Of a DNA stretch of 64,000 bases, positions 23,083 to 37,300 are shown one piece after another. Position numbers and translations under genes: made by a program. Origin of the DNA: Amphiscolops sp. MND2022. Its lineage: Eukaryota. A model generated the notes under the pieces. That model worked only from the letters and a program-made list of their open reading frames with translations. It made no database searches and was not told the DNA's origin. Positions within the stretch are counted from its first letter, which is position 1. Each line of letters starts with the position of its first letter. Location of the stretch: the NCBI GenBank assembly GCA_964187785.1, contig OZ076409.1, forward strand, positions 930,001 through 994,000. Reading direction: 5' to 3'.

Positions 23083-26000
23083 TCTCTAGGAATAACACCA
23101 TGATCACAACAACTCTCGAACTTAACTATACAGTCACATACAACAATCAACAACACAGAACAATAACATTGCAGTCCTCACTAATAACAAGTTGGGGCTG
23201 TAACTACCGAAGGAAGCTAATTAAGCAGCAAAGCGCATTCTGTCAGTTTGCGCACTTGATGTAGCGTCTCCTTAAAATACAGCAATCATACATTAACTGC
23301 ACCAAAAAAGTATTTAGCACCTGCTAATTTGAGCCGTTATATTGAGTGCCCATGTCTGTCTAGTTCGAACTATACATCTTTTCACGTTCTCGGTTCCGCT
23401 ACTCTCTGCTTATACTTTCTTTTTCTTGCGGGTCTGGCAAACAATTCATGCTCAGTCATGACGTCAATTTGTTCAAGTTCAAACATGTCCTATTTTACGA
23501 GGATATCATTACACTTTATATGACGTCAATGTGTGCTTTGAAGTTATAGTTTTCCGAGTGTTCACAAATCACTTCTTTAGTATTCTGCCTTCTACGTTTT
23601 TCATGGCAAATCGAGTGGTTTGTTGGGGTTTCTCGCTCAATTACAATTAGCTGATTGCGCTTCCTGTACAATTAGCAATTACAACGCTAGAACTTTCTGT
23701 AAATATAAATGATCCATTTTAATTCTTTTGACTGATTCGTTTCTGACAATCAGTTGCCATTGTTAATCTTCAGAATGTTGAAGCTGTTCATTCTCTTTGA
23801 CAATCATTGCCAAGACGACGGATATTAATATTCATTAATCTCTAAGGGCTGCCTCTTCACTCTCGCAACATTTATTGATACTTTTTGGACATGGTCGACT
23901 TGTTCTTTTTCAAGCTATTTTATTCTGTTGTAAAGAGGTATCAGATTGTTTCCCTACAAAGACTCTGGTTCCATCGCAGAGGTGCAATTGTGGTATAATT
24001 CCTAGTCAAACCGGCACAGAAACAAGGAAGATAAGCCAGAGCCAATTTAGATAGCATTGTTGCGACTATAAAAGCGCAATTCACTACCCGTCGTCCTTGA
24101 AATCTTCAAGGGTCTTATCCCCACACAACGGCGACGTGGCCAACCAAAAATTCACATTTTGCACCATTGTCCTAATGTCGATAGCTTTCAATTAGATGCC
24201 AGGTTCTTAACAATAGGATAATTTCCGCTCTTTTCCTCAAAATGGAAGCACAGCCAAATTGCTTCAAAAAGCATAGAAATCGCCAAAAAACATTGACAAC
24301 CGATTTTGAACAGAATTCCTAAATTGTTTTTAGTTCTGTTCCATGTAATATTGGACTGTAACGGAAGCTGTACAATAATGGTTTTGAATTATAATATCTT
24401 TGAACTATACGTAGCTTTCTCCAAAGTTTTTATTGATTGATTTTTAGTTAATCAACCTGGGTTGAAAGCGTCCAAGAAATCTTTGTTAGTACATCGGAAA
24501 CTCAATTGGACCCCCTTTGGTTTTTTTCGAATTTATGCGACTTTTTTCTGAATTTTTTTGGCAGAAAGAAACAAAGCGTTTTGAGAGCATAGAGGGCCAC
24601 TTTATTTTTTTTGTAATATGCGACTTACCGACAAACTTTAAAAAATGAACGCTTCTTCAAAGTTTTCGAGACATTTTTCGCAATTTTTGCTTTTTTGAGG
24701 TTTTTTGTAAAGAAGAACTTTTTTCCGAGTCTTGAGGGTGACCTCTTTTTGATCCCGGGGAACTGAAAGTTTCTCTCAATGATTGTGGAAAAGATTAACA
24801 GCTTTTAATGGCAGTCTGCGGTTTTTCCTCGATAAAACTTTCAGTTCTTCAAAAAGTACCGCTTCACTTCAATAAGAGTTTCCGACTAGCAAAAACCGTT
24901 TGGCGTGCTTAAAGCTCTTTTTCCGGTATTGTGTGACTTTTTTCGTAGATTTGCTTCCTTGGAAACTTTAGTTGTTTTAAAAAGCATCTTTTTTGATGTT
25001 CCCAGTTAGGGAAAAAGCGGTTTTCCACTCTTATGCGCATCCCTTTGCATACTTAAAAAAAGTTGCTTTTAAACCTTGGGCGGGCGCCCGTTTGGGCCGT
25101 TCCCGGCTTTATAATATATGCATGATGAAGTAAAATGCCACTTAGTAGTGACTTTTTGTCTGGTGTTTTTTCTCTATCAATCCATTCGAAATGACTAAAG
25201 CCCTCTTAGTAGTAGTGGAAGGGGTGTTTAGACTAAATAAAGGATCCCAAAGTTCTAAGACAAAATTCTTAGACTCAATCATGGATCTCAAAACGCTAAG
25301 ACAGAATGCTTAGACTCAATCATGGATCCCTAATCTTAAAACGTGCTATTAGGCCGAAGTTCGAGAAGGACATGAACTTCGCTTAAATAACAAACCATGA
25401 CAGCTAAATAAATTTGCACTGATACAGAAAGTCAAATTTTTATGAAGTTTAACTAATTTTCTTTTCTTCATGCTTGACCTCAAAATAACTGTAAACGGTA
25501 AGATATCCCTCAAAACAGCAAACTCATCCTTGTGTTAGAAATTGTAACAAAAACTTCTAACACAGGTAACCAATTTGAGATACCATTTATGGTATAACTG
25601 CACAGTCCGAACAACCAATGCATACTCAAAATATCATGCACATTCCAAAACAGAATGCACGCTCCGACAGTGCTAATCGAAGTTCAACTTGAGAAAAACC
25701 ATAACTAAGGAAAAAAGGTATTGCATTACCTGGAAAATTGATAAGATTACTTTTCGTCACTGAAATCAGTCTCTAGTTAGACTTCGCCATGACCAGTATA
25801 TTTAGAGAAAATACTTCACACTTTTTATTATTTGGTGTATTTCGCGAAAGAAAGAAGAGACTTCAGGTCGGGAACTTCATGATCCACCGCCCTGCAAAGT
25901 AATCATATATGCAAATGAAATACTTCGACCAAAACTACCGGAGAGCCTCTGTCGCATGGTGAAGAGCCTATTCAACAACATTTTCTGTGAATAGAGTATC

Positions 26001-27751
26001 AGATTTCACAACACGGCCAAAAAGAGTGAAGCGGAAGATGAGTGTCCAATCGTTCTTGGAGAACACTATCACGATCTGTTCTACATTAAATCGTTCGTGG
26101 GCGCAAAGAAATTCATCAAAGACACAATAAATAACAACATCCTGAATCCACAAAAAGAAACAAAAATAAAAGACAGTCTCGTGAAAGTATTCAACGTTTC
26201 TTACCAGGAAAATTGTCTTCAAACCGAAGCACGACTTGTTGGAAACCGTTTGTTCTTTCATGGGGAAAAGATGAAATCAATTTTGAAAAAGAAACTAACA
26301 ACTGATTTGGGATGCATTTATGAAATGTCATGGGAGATTAATGGCAGCTGTTACACAGAATTCGACGAAAGTGAAGACATTTAAAAACTTTCCTTCTTTA
26401 GCCAGCGATTAGCCGAGCTCGAGAAGTCTCCAGCAAATTTTAAAGACAGTGTACTCGATTTTATTGAGCTTCTCATGGGAGGATTTGGCACTATCAAGGC
26501 GTCTCATCACAATAATGTTTTGTCAGTAGACTTGGTTCTTTCTGACGCACAATGTCAATGTTTTGAATGCCAGCACAAATCAATTAGCTGCTATGGAGCC
26601 AGTTTCACCGCTAACGAACACAACGAATGTAATCTTAATAAGTTCTCTTTCGCTGATGAGAATGCACAATTTTTCTGATTGTCTAATTCATTTATTTCAT
26701 GTTTAGGTTTTTATAGGTTTTCAAAAACATAAGCAAGTTGACTATCGTGTGATGAAATCCTTTGATATTGTACAATCGGAGGGCACCTTCCAGCTTACAA
26801 ACTACTTGTCCCCTAAAAACTGTCAACATGAAAATGCATTTATAGCTGCCTGTTGGTGTTTAAACAAAGAAGTCAATCTTCATGATATATTCGATTTGGC
26901 AGGAGACAGCCTGATGGATAAGTGACTAAAACCTTGTAAAATATTTTTGCTACATGCAATATTTCACGATGTTTTTGGCTTCATGAGGAGTAACTTCGGC
27001 GTAGGACCAGGCTACGTATGTACCCTAAGTGAAAAACCAATTTTTGTGTACGACATGTTTTTTGGCCACATTACGGGATTGGCGTTTTGGTTTTGTCAAA
27101 AACTGTGAAATATAACCGTTTTAAGGTTTTGTCATTTTCTGTCACAGCCTCCACCAATTGCAGTCGCACAAAAGTCAGCCCACATTTCAGTTAACGTTCC
27201 TGCATCACCCAACACTAAATTATGCCTTGTTTTTCATCAAGAGGTCCTCAAGTTTTCATTGAACAGGTTCCGGCACTCAATAGCACAAAACTTCGAGCAT
27301 TCGCCTAAATTTCGAAGATCATTTACAGTTGCACAATTTGATTCAAATTTTGTACAACCTACACGTGTTAAAGAACCACCCAGCGATATGAACGACAATG
27401 CTTGCAAAACATCGGAAATATCCGACGAATCAACTATAGTGGCCTGTTTTGGGGACTGTGTTGATCATGCTAAAATCAACAACTTGATCTTAGATCACAA
27501 TGCTTAAGAATGGCCGCCTTTTAAAATAAATTGTGGTTGTTGCACTGATGGAAGTAACTGCAGCAGTTATTTTCTTGTGATATCAAAAACATACTTTTTA
27601 TTATTCATGGTAAACATTTGCTCATTTCTATATCTAGTATTGGCCGAGAACAGTTTGTATAAAACTGGAATAATAGTGTTTCTATCTACCTGCATTGCTT
27701 TTTTGATTCCGAAGTCTGACAAAAGAACAAGCGTATTCGAACGGATCCTCA

Positions 27752-28423
27752 ATGCTTCCTGTCAGTTGTCGGAACATGTGGAAGTGGGAAACTCAGTTAG
27801 TCTCAAAAATGCTAGTGAATCAATATAATGTTTTCAGACCTTATTTTGACAAACTTCTCTACTTGCACAACCATTTCCAACCGAACTTCGAAGAACTGCA
27901 ATCGAAATGTGTTCAATGTAAAGTACAAATCGAACTTTATCAAGGCCTCGACTGGAATGCAGTCAAACAGTATGAAGCGCAGAGCTTGCGGACTTTTTTG
28001 GTGAATAATGACCTCTACCAACAAGCATGCGAAGACGAATACTTTCTGAATTTGGTAATTGCAGGGAGACATCGATATATCCATTTGATTACTCTCAAAC
28101 ACAATCTCTTTCAACAATAGAAGCACTCAAAAACAATATAGCTAAACGTCACTCAATTTATTTGTTTCAAGAGCCCAGGAGATTTGGAGAAAATAATTGT
28201 TATGGGACGTCAAATGGGGGACAGACAATCGTTACTGGAAGCCTATAAAAGAGCAACTCGTGAAACGTTTGGTCAATTGCTGATTGACTTCGATCCTCAT
28301 ACAGACCGTAAACCTAAATACGCTTCCAAATGCTCAGGCAAGGAGACGTCGATCTTCTATTTAACTTTGAATCACACTTCGGGACAATTGAACAATGAGT
28401 CAACAAGAGCTTTATATGAATGA
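27752..28423 (+). pseudogene. Polinton packaging ATPase (A32/FtsK-like)
   Basis: Eroded Walker A region, then FRPYFDKLLYLHNHFQP, NLVIAGRHRYIHLITLKHNLFQQ and QLLIDFDP. Broken by a stop and a frameshift. Confidence 0.8.
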
Positions 28424-28727
28424 CTTTTTCTGCGATATGAAGCCAATTGTAAATCGACTGTATATTTCACATTGTTCTTTTGACAAAAGTAAATTTGTTT
28501 GCAAATGCATTTTAAATATTCTGAGCAGTAATATCAAGATGATTGCACCAGCTTCGAGGGAACAATTAAATCCGCATAGGAAACTAATTGATCTTCTGAA
28601 CAACAAAAAACTCAGAATACGGCCAAAACGGCATTCTCCCTCAACAACTAATGGTCTCCGGCTGTTGAGAATAATACAACCATCCGTTTCTAATCATTTG
28701 AAAAAGCGACAATTTATTAAACAGTAG
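28419..28727 (+). CDS. Small basic Polinton ORF after the ATPase
   Basis: FVCKCILNILSSNIK...HRKLIDLLNNKKLRIRPKR resembles the conserved small ORF of Polintons (recalled pattern) and sits in the expected position. Confidence 0.55.
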   Translation, partial: NDFFCDMKPIVNRLYISHCSFDKSKFVCKCILNILSSNIKMIAPASREQLNPHRKLIDLLNNKKLRIRPKRHSPSTTNGLRLLRIIQPSVSNHLKKRQFIKQ

Positions 28728-29382
28728 CGCAAAAGACTTCATTCTAATCACAGCTGAAGAGTATTCACCGTTATCGTTACTTCGCTAATCAGAAGGAGCA
28801 GAGCGGGCAGCAACAACTGACTTGAAGGAAAACATAAATACATCAATATCAGAGCTCGAAAAAAAGGGAAAAATAGCTTGCGTCATCAGAATGTGCACAA
28901 TGGAATTTGAATTCCTGATACAAAAAAAGATCGCAACACGCGACAAACCCATCTCATTTCAAAAAGACAGACGCAGCATCACAATCGTCCAAATGTGAAA
29001 ACGTCATTATTGAACAATTATCTGTGGGACTCAGTGGTGGAAAAGTTGAACGCTGTCGACAAATACTTCGCAAGGTTAACGATACTGAAAACGTTTCAAT
29101 CGATAAAAGCGGGAAGAATTCTATTACACGACCGCGACGCCTAGGTGTCTGTTTTTGATTTCTTCTACTATCTGCAGACAACAAGGAAAAATTTAAACGA
29201 CTCTACGCTTGACTCAATTTGCCGCTTGCAATTGCCAGAGTACGTTTTAGCGACGACGAATGCTCAAAACGTATCTGCTGAAATCAAAAGAACAATTTTT
29301 AACGAAGAGGACTCGCAAGACCAATCTGAATTGTTCAGCTATCAAGCCAAGTGGCTGCGTCCTTACTAAAGCGTCCATCCTT

Positions 29383-30594
29383 ATGGAACAAAGCATCAGA
29401 AAAACACAAACAAGGAGAACCAACAAACGGGAATACTTTTGCAGCAGCTGTGCGCATTCGTTGGGAAAAGGAACACGTCGAACGCCATTAATCTCGTGTA
29501 ACGTTTGTGGCTGGGTTCACTTCAAATGTAGCGGTCTGAGCAGTGCAGCCGACTATCACAAAACTTCAGAGTTTTATGTGTTCGAAGTGTTCAAAAACCA
29601 AACGACTGATACCACCGAATGCGGTTTCAAATGCTTACAGCAAGTTACACTCTCTTTACACTTCATGTCACAATCCGGCAGCGTTTGGAAGCCGTGAGTC
29701 ACTGAAAAAGTACTCGAACTGCAGTTATGAACAAGTAGACATTTACTTTCATAAGAATGGGACTCACTCAAAGTTCAAACAAAGTAAGAAGAAACTTCTT
29801 CGCCTCAAAGTTCAAACATTCAGACTCAATGAGGTTTGGTCGGTCGACTCGGCTGTTATTCAGCAGCCTGCTCAACCAAACAATGGCGTCAATTTTTTTT
29901 CGTCGCGATGGATATACTCAGCCAATTTCGTTGGGTCCGACCGAATAAACGAAAAACTGCCGATGCATGTAGAAATGCATTGAAGGAGATAATTTCAGAC
30001 ATCAAAGACGAATCACCCTTTATGCATCCACTTTTCTGTACCTGCAGTGCCTGGGAACCGGAACAAATTTGGGTGGACAAGGGCCGAGAATTTGCTAAAA
30101 ATTTGCATCATTCTGCCTTAACGCAGCCATTTATTTGTACTCAACAAACAGTGAAACAAAATCAGTATTTGCAGAGCGAAATATTCGCTAGCTAAAATCT
30201 ATCATTTTCAAGTATCTCAATAAAAACAGCACTGAAGTCTACATTGACAGGATGCAGAGTTTTGTTAACGTGATAAATTTTCGAGTTAACAGATTTACCA
30301 AAATGGCACCCAAGCAAGTGCAAAAGTCAGACGAAGCGTTTCTTGTTTTACAACAAAATTCCAATGCCGTGCAAAAACCAAGTTTTAAAATTGGACAGCA
30401 CGTTAAAAATAGGGCGAAAACTTGACCTTATTCATCGTGTCTACCGCATCCACTTCACTGTAAATATCTTTGAACTTGTGGCGGTCAAAACCTTGAACCC
30501 TTCCACGTACTTGCTCAAAGACGCTGATGAGCAGTTGATTGAAGGCAACTTTCAAGTGAGAGCGCTTGTTCGGTTTGAAGCTGAAAACGTTTGA
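29383..30594 (+). pseudogene. Polinton rve integrase with N-terminal PHD-type finger
   Basis: CSSC...CNVCGWVHFKC...CSKC, then LYTSCHNPAAFGS, EVWSVD, VAMDILS, PEQIWVDKGREF, AERNIR, TYLLKDADEQLIEGNF. Several frameshifts. Confidence 0.85.
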
Positions 30595-30679
30595 CCGGAC
30601 GAAATCAAGTCCAAAACAGCAGCGGCGGACTGCAGTCGTCGTCTCGGAATAACTTTACAATTCTTTTAGTTTCCAAGGC

Positions 30680-31516
30680 ATGGAGAAATCTTTACCAGAA
30701 AACTCTCTGACACACTTCACAACACTACTTCCTGAACAAATGAAACTACATGGGACATGGGAGATTGCCGTTGTCAAAATTTCGTGGTCCAATATGATAA
30801 AAATCGTGACAGGGGGCCAATTTACCGTCCAAGAAGATTGTGCACTCACCACTGAAGCGAGCTCGATAAAACGACACCCACACAGAGGTTACACACCGGG
30901 ACTTGTGATCATGTCCGATACGGGCAAACGTACGCACTCGATTCTCCAAGAAAACAAATTCGAAAAGGAAGAACCACATTTTATACCATGTGGGTGCTAT
31001 CCAACGATTGATTTCTTGCTGGAAACGATGTTTCGCCAAATGTTCAACAGAGCTGACCACACAACTTTGCCCGTGGAATGGAACATTTGTCCAATTTCTC
31101 AAATTATGAATGTCAATTTCACATGTTCCTCGGAGGATGCATTGAAAGTAAGACTTGTGTCAAAAGATTTACAAAACATTTTGGCATCGCAAAATCTAAT
31201 TGACTGTGGAGGGCAGAAGAAAGCCAACAGTCATCATGACGTTGTCGAAAATGGAAAAATTGATAAGAAGTCCAAAATGAATAGTAGTAAAGAGCAAAGT
31301 AATGACGCCCAAAAGAAAAAGTATCCAGTTGACTTGACAGCTGGATGCCACACAAAGTTTCTCTACTGTGATTTGGTCCACAATGAAATTTTGGGCGGAA
31401 CGCGATCAGCTTCGTTGCGCGCTATACCTCTTTCAACTACAATCAGCGAACTTTTTCCAAGCTTCAATGACGACGCCTCATCAATTGTTACATTCAATCA
31501 ATCACTATATCGCTAA
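30680..31516 (+). pseudogene. Polinton minor capsid (penton-like) protein
   Basis: ENSLTHFTTLLPEQMKLHGTWEIAVVKISW at the N-terminus and FLYCDLVHNEILGGTRSASLRAIP near the C-terminus. Confidence 0.75.
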
Positions 31517-31701
31517 GAAGTGAGACTGGTGATTTTATTGCAATCCTCAGTCGCGGACGCACAAATGTGACTTTACAATTCAAACGATGCAGCTAAATTT
31601 GCTTCCTCCTTTTTGTGTAACACATCTCATTCAGAAATCATTTGATGACTACAGATCAACGGGAACGGTTGCTTCAATTTCAACAAAAACTATAAAACCC
31701 A

Positions 31702-32170
31702 ATGGATCAGCATTATGATAGCCGGTTCCTTCAAAGGTATCCTCCAGCGCAACTACGTTCCGAGGACCCGCTCGCCAATACGGTTCATGGGGGGACTAAG
31801 ATCCTTTGCAATGAGAATGGGCTGCGTCGCTGTGCCATTGGTGAAAAAGAATTATGTTCCTGTGGCAAAAGAATTTGGCCGAAATCTAGTTTCCACATTT
31901 GTGCCTGAAATTCCTAAAATTGTTGCCGAAAAAAAGCAGCCCAGGAAAGCGTTGAATGAATCACTCAAATTGTCAGTCAAAAAAACTGTCAAAACATCTG
32001 GTCGATCCAACCCACTCCCTTAACGCGCGGACGCGCGGACCGGGCGAGCTGGCGGGCGCGGAGGAAGTGCAAATCCGGTGCAACCGAGTAGAAAAATAAA
32101 AAAGCAACAATTTTGCCATTTCAAACAAAAACGTTTCCAAAAGAAATAGCTCCGACATTTTGTCTAGTGT
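31702..32170 (+). pseudogene. Polinton small basic core-like protein
   Basis: GGLRSFAMRMG...PLVKKNYVPVAKEFGRNLV with a basic tail, lying between the two capsid genes. Confidence 0.55.
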
Positions 32171-32249
32171 TGCATTCACTGGAGCCTAGAATTTTTCAAA
32201 GTCATCAACATCATCACAAGCGTCCGCGCCAATAACATTCAGTGGAGCA

Positions 32250-33220
32250 TGTTCTGAAACTGCCAATCATGTAACGCACAGTTCTTTGGACTTTTTGAGA
32301 AACCGTCAGTGCTCATCAATCACGAAGGTTCGCCTGATCAAGAAGTACTCCCACACGTTGACTGTCGCGGGCCCCAGTTGGATTTTTTTGTGACTGCCGA
32401 TAGCAAAAAGATGCATCAACTTGAACAGATTATGTCTCTCATTTGAAGTGACCCTGTACAAACCAAACGGAACAGATCGCCTCGATGGATCAGAAAACAT
32501 CACCTTTGCCAACAATACTCTTCACTCTATATTTTCTCACTTACCCAACCTTTGCGCAATGGAAAACTTCACAGCTCTGAATGCAGCGGTTGTGAAAGAT
32601 TTGGAACAAAATGCCCCCACAGTGACCATAGAGAAAGTTTTCCCGTTTGTCAATAAAATTGTCTTGTCTGATGCCTAGCGGTCTATCCGTATATTGAAAA
32701 CTTGACAAAAAGATTCATTGTTCAGGCCGGTCAAAACTGCTTTGTGAAGGAAAACATTTTTGGCACAGAACCTAGTTGTAGACTGACTCTGTGTATTGCT
32801 CGAAATAGTTTCTTAGAGGAACTACTTTAGCTTCCACGCCATTCCATAACGAAAAATTCAGCTTGCAAAAAGTAGAACTGCAGCGTGGGAATGGCTTGCC
32901 CATAGCGGGCACGCCGCTAGACACTACCAACAATTCAAGACTGGATTACAATGTGATAACGGCTCTAGGGTTTGACCGGAGCGGCAACGGAATCACCTTG
33001 GATGAACACGAGGACAATCATTTCTTTCTCGTGTTCAACCTAGCTTCCACAAGAGAGGCAAGTAACTGCTTGAACTTGTTACTGGAGCTGACTGGGGCTG
33101 GATTGACAATGAAACTTTTGCAACCACCCCAGAAGCAGTAGAATTACTTCTCGTTGGCGAACGCTACAGTCAGGTTACTATCGAAGCGAGCAGAAACATT
33201 TTGAAAAACTCTGAATTTTG
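32250..33220 (+). pseudogene. Polinton major capsid (hexon-like) protein, internally deleted
   Basis: GPQLDFFVTAD, NRLCLSFEVTLYK...ITFANNTLHSIFSH, GNGITLDEHEDNHFFLVFNLAST. Much shorter than an intact major capsid gene. Confidence 0.75.
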
Positions 33221-33224
33221 ACCA

Positions 33225-33800
33225 ATGGACAATGAAACGTTGATTCAACTCACACAGCGTTGCTGCCCTTTGCTATTTAGCAAAAACTTGGGCGTCGCTC
33301 CTGCCGACAACTTCCTCGTCGAGAAACACTTTATATAAAGCTTTCAACAATCTGGAGCCATTAATTTTTTGTCAAATTGTAAACACTTCCACGTCTGACT
33401 AAATTGGCCAACATTAGTTACTAATTTGCCTCGTTTCGGTTGGAAGGGAGTTTGACCATTGCAAAACAAGAAAAGATACGGCGCGAAGGTTTTGTTTGAA
33501 AACATGGATGAAAAAGTTTGTCAGCATTTGGGTTTGAGACCCATTTGGACATTTAGATTCACAAACGCTCGAGCCAGCTCTCAAAAAAAACTGTCAATGT
33601 CGACGTTATCTATTTTCCTCAATAAAGTCCTAGTTCAAACCTGTGTGGATTGTGTTGCCTTCTAATGGCTCACACTTGTTTTTTAAATAGCACTTCACTT
33701 TGAAGCTTGTCACATGAAACGTTGATGAAGAAATTTCTCGCGAAACTTAGTACTATGAAAATGTTTTCGGAAATTGATTTGGTTAGTTTTTGTAAAATTC
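33225..33800 (+). pseudogene. Polinton adenain-like cysteine protease remnant
   Basis: MDNETLIQL...LGVAPADN...IVNTSTSD*IGQH*LL...QTCVDCVAF. Position after the major capsid gene is as expected. Confidence 0.6.
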
Positions 33801-34339
33801 TTTAAACATCATTCGAGGTGTCACTTTCACTATAAGACACTAGGCGTATCAAGGTTGTGCGTTTGCTCTTGACAGTTACAATATTCCCATTGTCTTGAGT
33901 ATCACTACCACCGGCTTCGATGGCCAGGTAGTCAATAAAGGGACAAGCTGATGCTTTGGCATCATATTTTTCTTTTGCTGCCAACATTTCGTCATAGTCA
34001 TCCCAGTCCAAACAGGATATTTGCGCCCTTTGCGACAACTGATGAAAACCAGGGTCCTGTCGACCTAAAGAACAAAACTTTTTTGTTGCCACATTTTTTC
34101 GTGAAGGAATCAACTAATTCCAGGAGAGAGAACAGGATACACAGCAGTGACAGGCTCATCGTCATCGTCAGATTCGGTAGACGAGGTTAGGGAAGAGTCA
34201 GTTGGAGACGACCGAGACGAGACACTTCTCTCACTATCGGATTCATAAACCGACCATCGAGATGGCCCTGTAGCAGTTATGAACAGTTTGAACAAGAAAC
34301 ATTTCAATGTAGGAGACGATCTGAATAGAACTAACCATT

Positions 34340-37300
34340 TTCATAAAAACTTCTCAGTATATAATGCCCATAACCTAGAGACCGTGCTCTATCTTCAAAT
34401 TGTCATTATAGAAACTGACGGCTACTTTAATGACCCGTTTGACATCAATTTGATGGTTTTCGGACTTCAATTGTGTCGTCGACTTTCGAACAGGCTGCTT
34501 ACCCAACAAGCAGGACTTGGACAAATCGTGGTGGAGAGTCTTTTTCACACTCTTTTGAACGCCCTTGGTTCTCTGCTTGACGCCGCCTTGGAATTGAATA
34601 CTGTACATTTTTGATCGTAAGCTAACAATTTCAGTCAACACCTTTCTTGCAGCTCGTCGGTCATTCATTGTCGTTGGCACTTTTTTGTTTACCTTATCAT
34701 GGAGGAAAGGTGTCTCTGGATATTAAGATAAATCGTGCAAGTGTTTGAATGACATTATCTCAGTATATAGATCTTTCGTTTTTATACGGTAAAGGAGAGA
34801 GTCTGTATCTGTGTAACGAACCTTTAAGTTTTAGTGATAACGAGTTTTTCATTTCTTCGTAATAAAACTTGTACAGACAAAATTTCGAGAGTTCATGAAT
34901 AGACGCACCCAAAGGAGTTGGTTTGTTGCAGAGTTATTTGGATGGAATCATAGTTATAGACACCAAATTGTCGTGAATGATTTGAAACCCCCTTGAAGGT
35001 TGGCTTTTAAAACGCTTTCTCATCCTCCTTTGTTTTGCCGAATCAAGCATTGCTCATCAGTTTGTAAAAGTTTTTCTCAAAGTCATTGACTGCTTGCTTC
35101 CTCAATACTGTGTTTTTTGATTTTATTCTCCGAGCCATTTCATCTGTCTGAACTGGATCACGCGATGCAGCCTCTTAACTTTCAGGCCATATTTGAGGTG
35201 AAATTTCAAATTATGATAGTGGCATACATAATTGTTCTCGTCAAAGAGTGTTTCAATCAGCTTCTTTGAACCATCTGATGACACTATAATACCAAAAATT
35301 TGCGCAAATGAGGAAAGCCAAGACTGTTTGGTCATGAGCTTTTCACGTGCCAAGGAAGATCACTGTGTTTATCTTGCATTGAGGCTGGATATTCCAAATC
35401 AACATCCACAAAGTATCCCACTGGAGAATCCTCGTCAGTCTGAACAATTTTTGAGAGTGTTATAGCGTAATTCCAGGCATATTGATCGAGTGGGAGCATT
35501 TGCAGCATTGTTCCAGCATACAACGACGCCACATCAAAGAAGACGCCAAAGACCGAAGGCATTTTGTCGTCGAAGGAATCCCTATAAGAGTTGTTGGCTT
35601 CAAAATGACGCAATTCGCCAATTCCATTTTTTTTCCACGAATGCATCTCTCGAAAAAAAGCAGCATGTCCACATCTGACAAAAGACCCAGTGTTGCTCGC
35701 GTTGTTATGAGCATTGCCTCCCAGCTCATATTGGGTGCCGAAAAGAAATGCGGTGGATCCAGGGAATACACTTTCATACAAACTTTCCTAAGCAGTTGAA
35801 ACACATCGGCTAGGATGAAAACGTCTATTTTCAGATATTTGTCATGATAGTCGCCATGACATTTGCATTGAAAAAAGTTATAAATATGGAGTGCCTGGGC
35901 GTATTGTGCTTCAGTTATATCAACCTTTCCAGTAAATGAATTTTTCCAACAGTATCCAAAGGGTGGCAAGGGTTCCTTAAATTTTCCAAAAGAACCTAAA
36001 TAGCTCTATGGAAAAACCCTTTCTCAGTAAGCAGCGTCTATTCCACCTCGGGATTGGTTTGAGTGAATTGATCTTCCAAAAGCAGAAAGTTTTCCTTCTT
36101 TAATGTTTTCGCTAAAGCATTGAGACCTTGAGTCATGAACTGGAACCTATTGAGAAAACTCAGAGCGTTGGAAACATTAACCTTTACCTTTCTTAGTTGC
36201 TTAGGAGCACAAAGGAACTGTAATTGAAAACGAAATAAAAACTTCATCGGTTCTAGAAACAGCAGACAATTTTTTTATTTTCCTTCAGCAACAAATTTTT
36301 GATGATATGATGTGAATCACAACGAGGGGTTATGAAAAAAGACAGGCAAATAGGTGACAGATCGCGCTTTCAAATTACATTCAGAATAAGCCACCCCAAA
36401 AACGAAACCCGTGATGATGCACAACTCTGAGACCCTGATCTACCTTGGCTCCACAGATACAACAGTCGATTTCAGGCGCAGACATCAACTGCTTTCGCTC
36501 CGATTGTGACAATTTCAATTGGCGATGTTTTTGCCTCTGACTGTAAGTCCAAGACAACCAACTTCTCAACTTGTCCATCAAATGCTCTAAACAGTCCTTT
36601 TTTTACAAAATAAGCACTAAGTTAGGCTAGAACTTCGTTGATCGAAAAGAACAGCATCAAAACGTGCCGGATATTGTTTTTCAAATTCAGTTTTGTGTGA
36701 AGTTCTTCGCGTTTGTTGAGAACCGTTGTCACTCGGAACATCGATATCTTTCAAGTCTGCATAGACAACAAAAAGACACCAATGTGTTCTTTGCCAATTG
36801 TTGAACGACAATGTCGTATCGCATTAAGGCATTGTAATTTCCAGTGGTTGGTGATCCTCGCAAAACTCAAGATGTTTCCTGTAGTTTGATCGGATGATGG
36901 GTTGAAAGCAATCGCCGCAACATTTACTCTTCGGGCCTTTACGTCGCTTTCTTGAAGATCGATGCAATTGGTACATTAAGTTCGAAAAGTTTTTGATCAG
37001 GCAGTAGTGACTTTTCTGCACGTCCAACAACAAAAAAAATTATTTCTCCGACGACTTGTTTGATTTTTTGAGTGATAAACATTTTGCAATGCCTCATTTT
37101 CGATTCGATACACGGTAATCGACAGATCATTGCGTTTTTCGAAGAAGCGTCTTTTGCTCAAACACATTGGAAAGTCATATTCTGGAAACGTAGTTCATCG
37201 TATTTATCTATATAAGATGATGGTCCATCAACATTCTTCTTGTGAGGATACAAGTTAGCCAATACAGAATACAGAGAGCAAAACTCTTCCCGTTTGTTCT

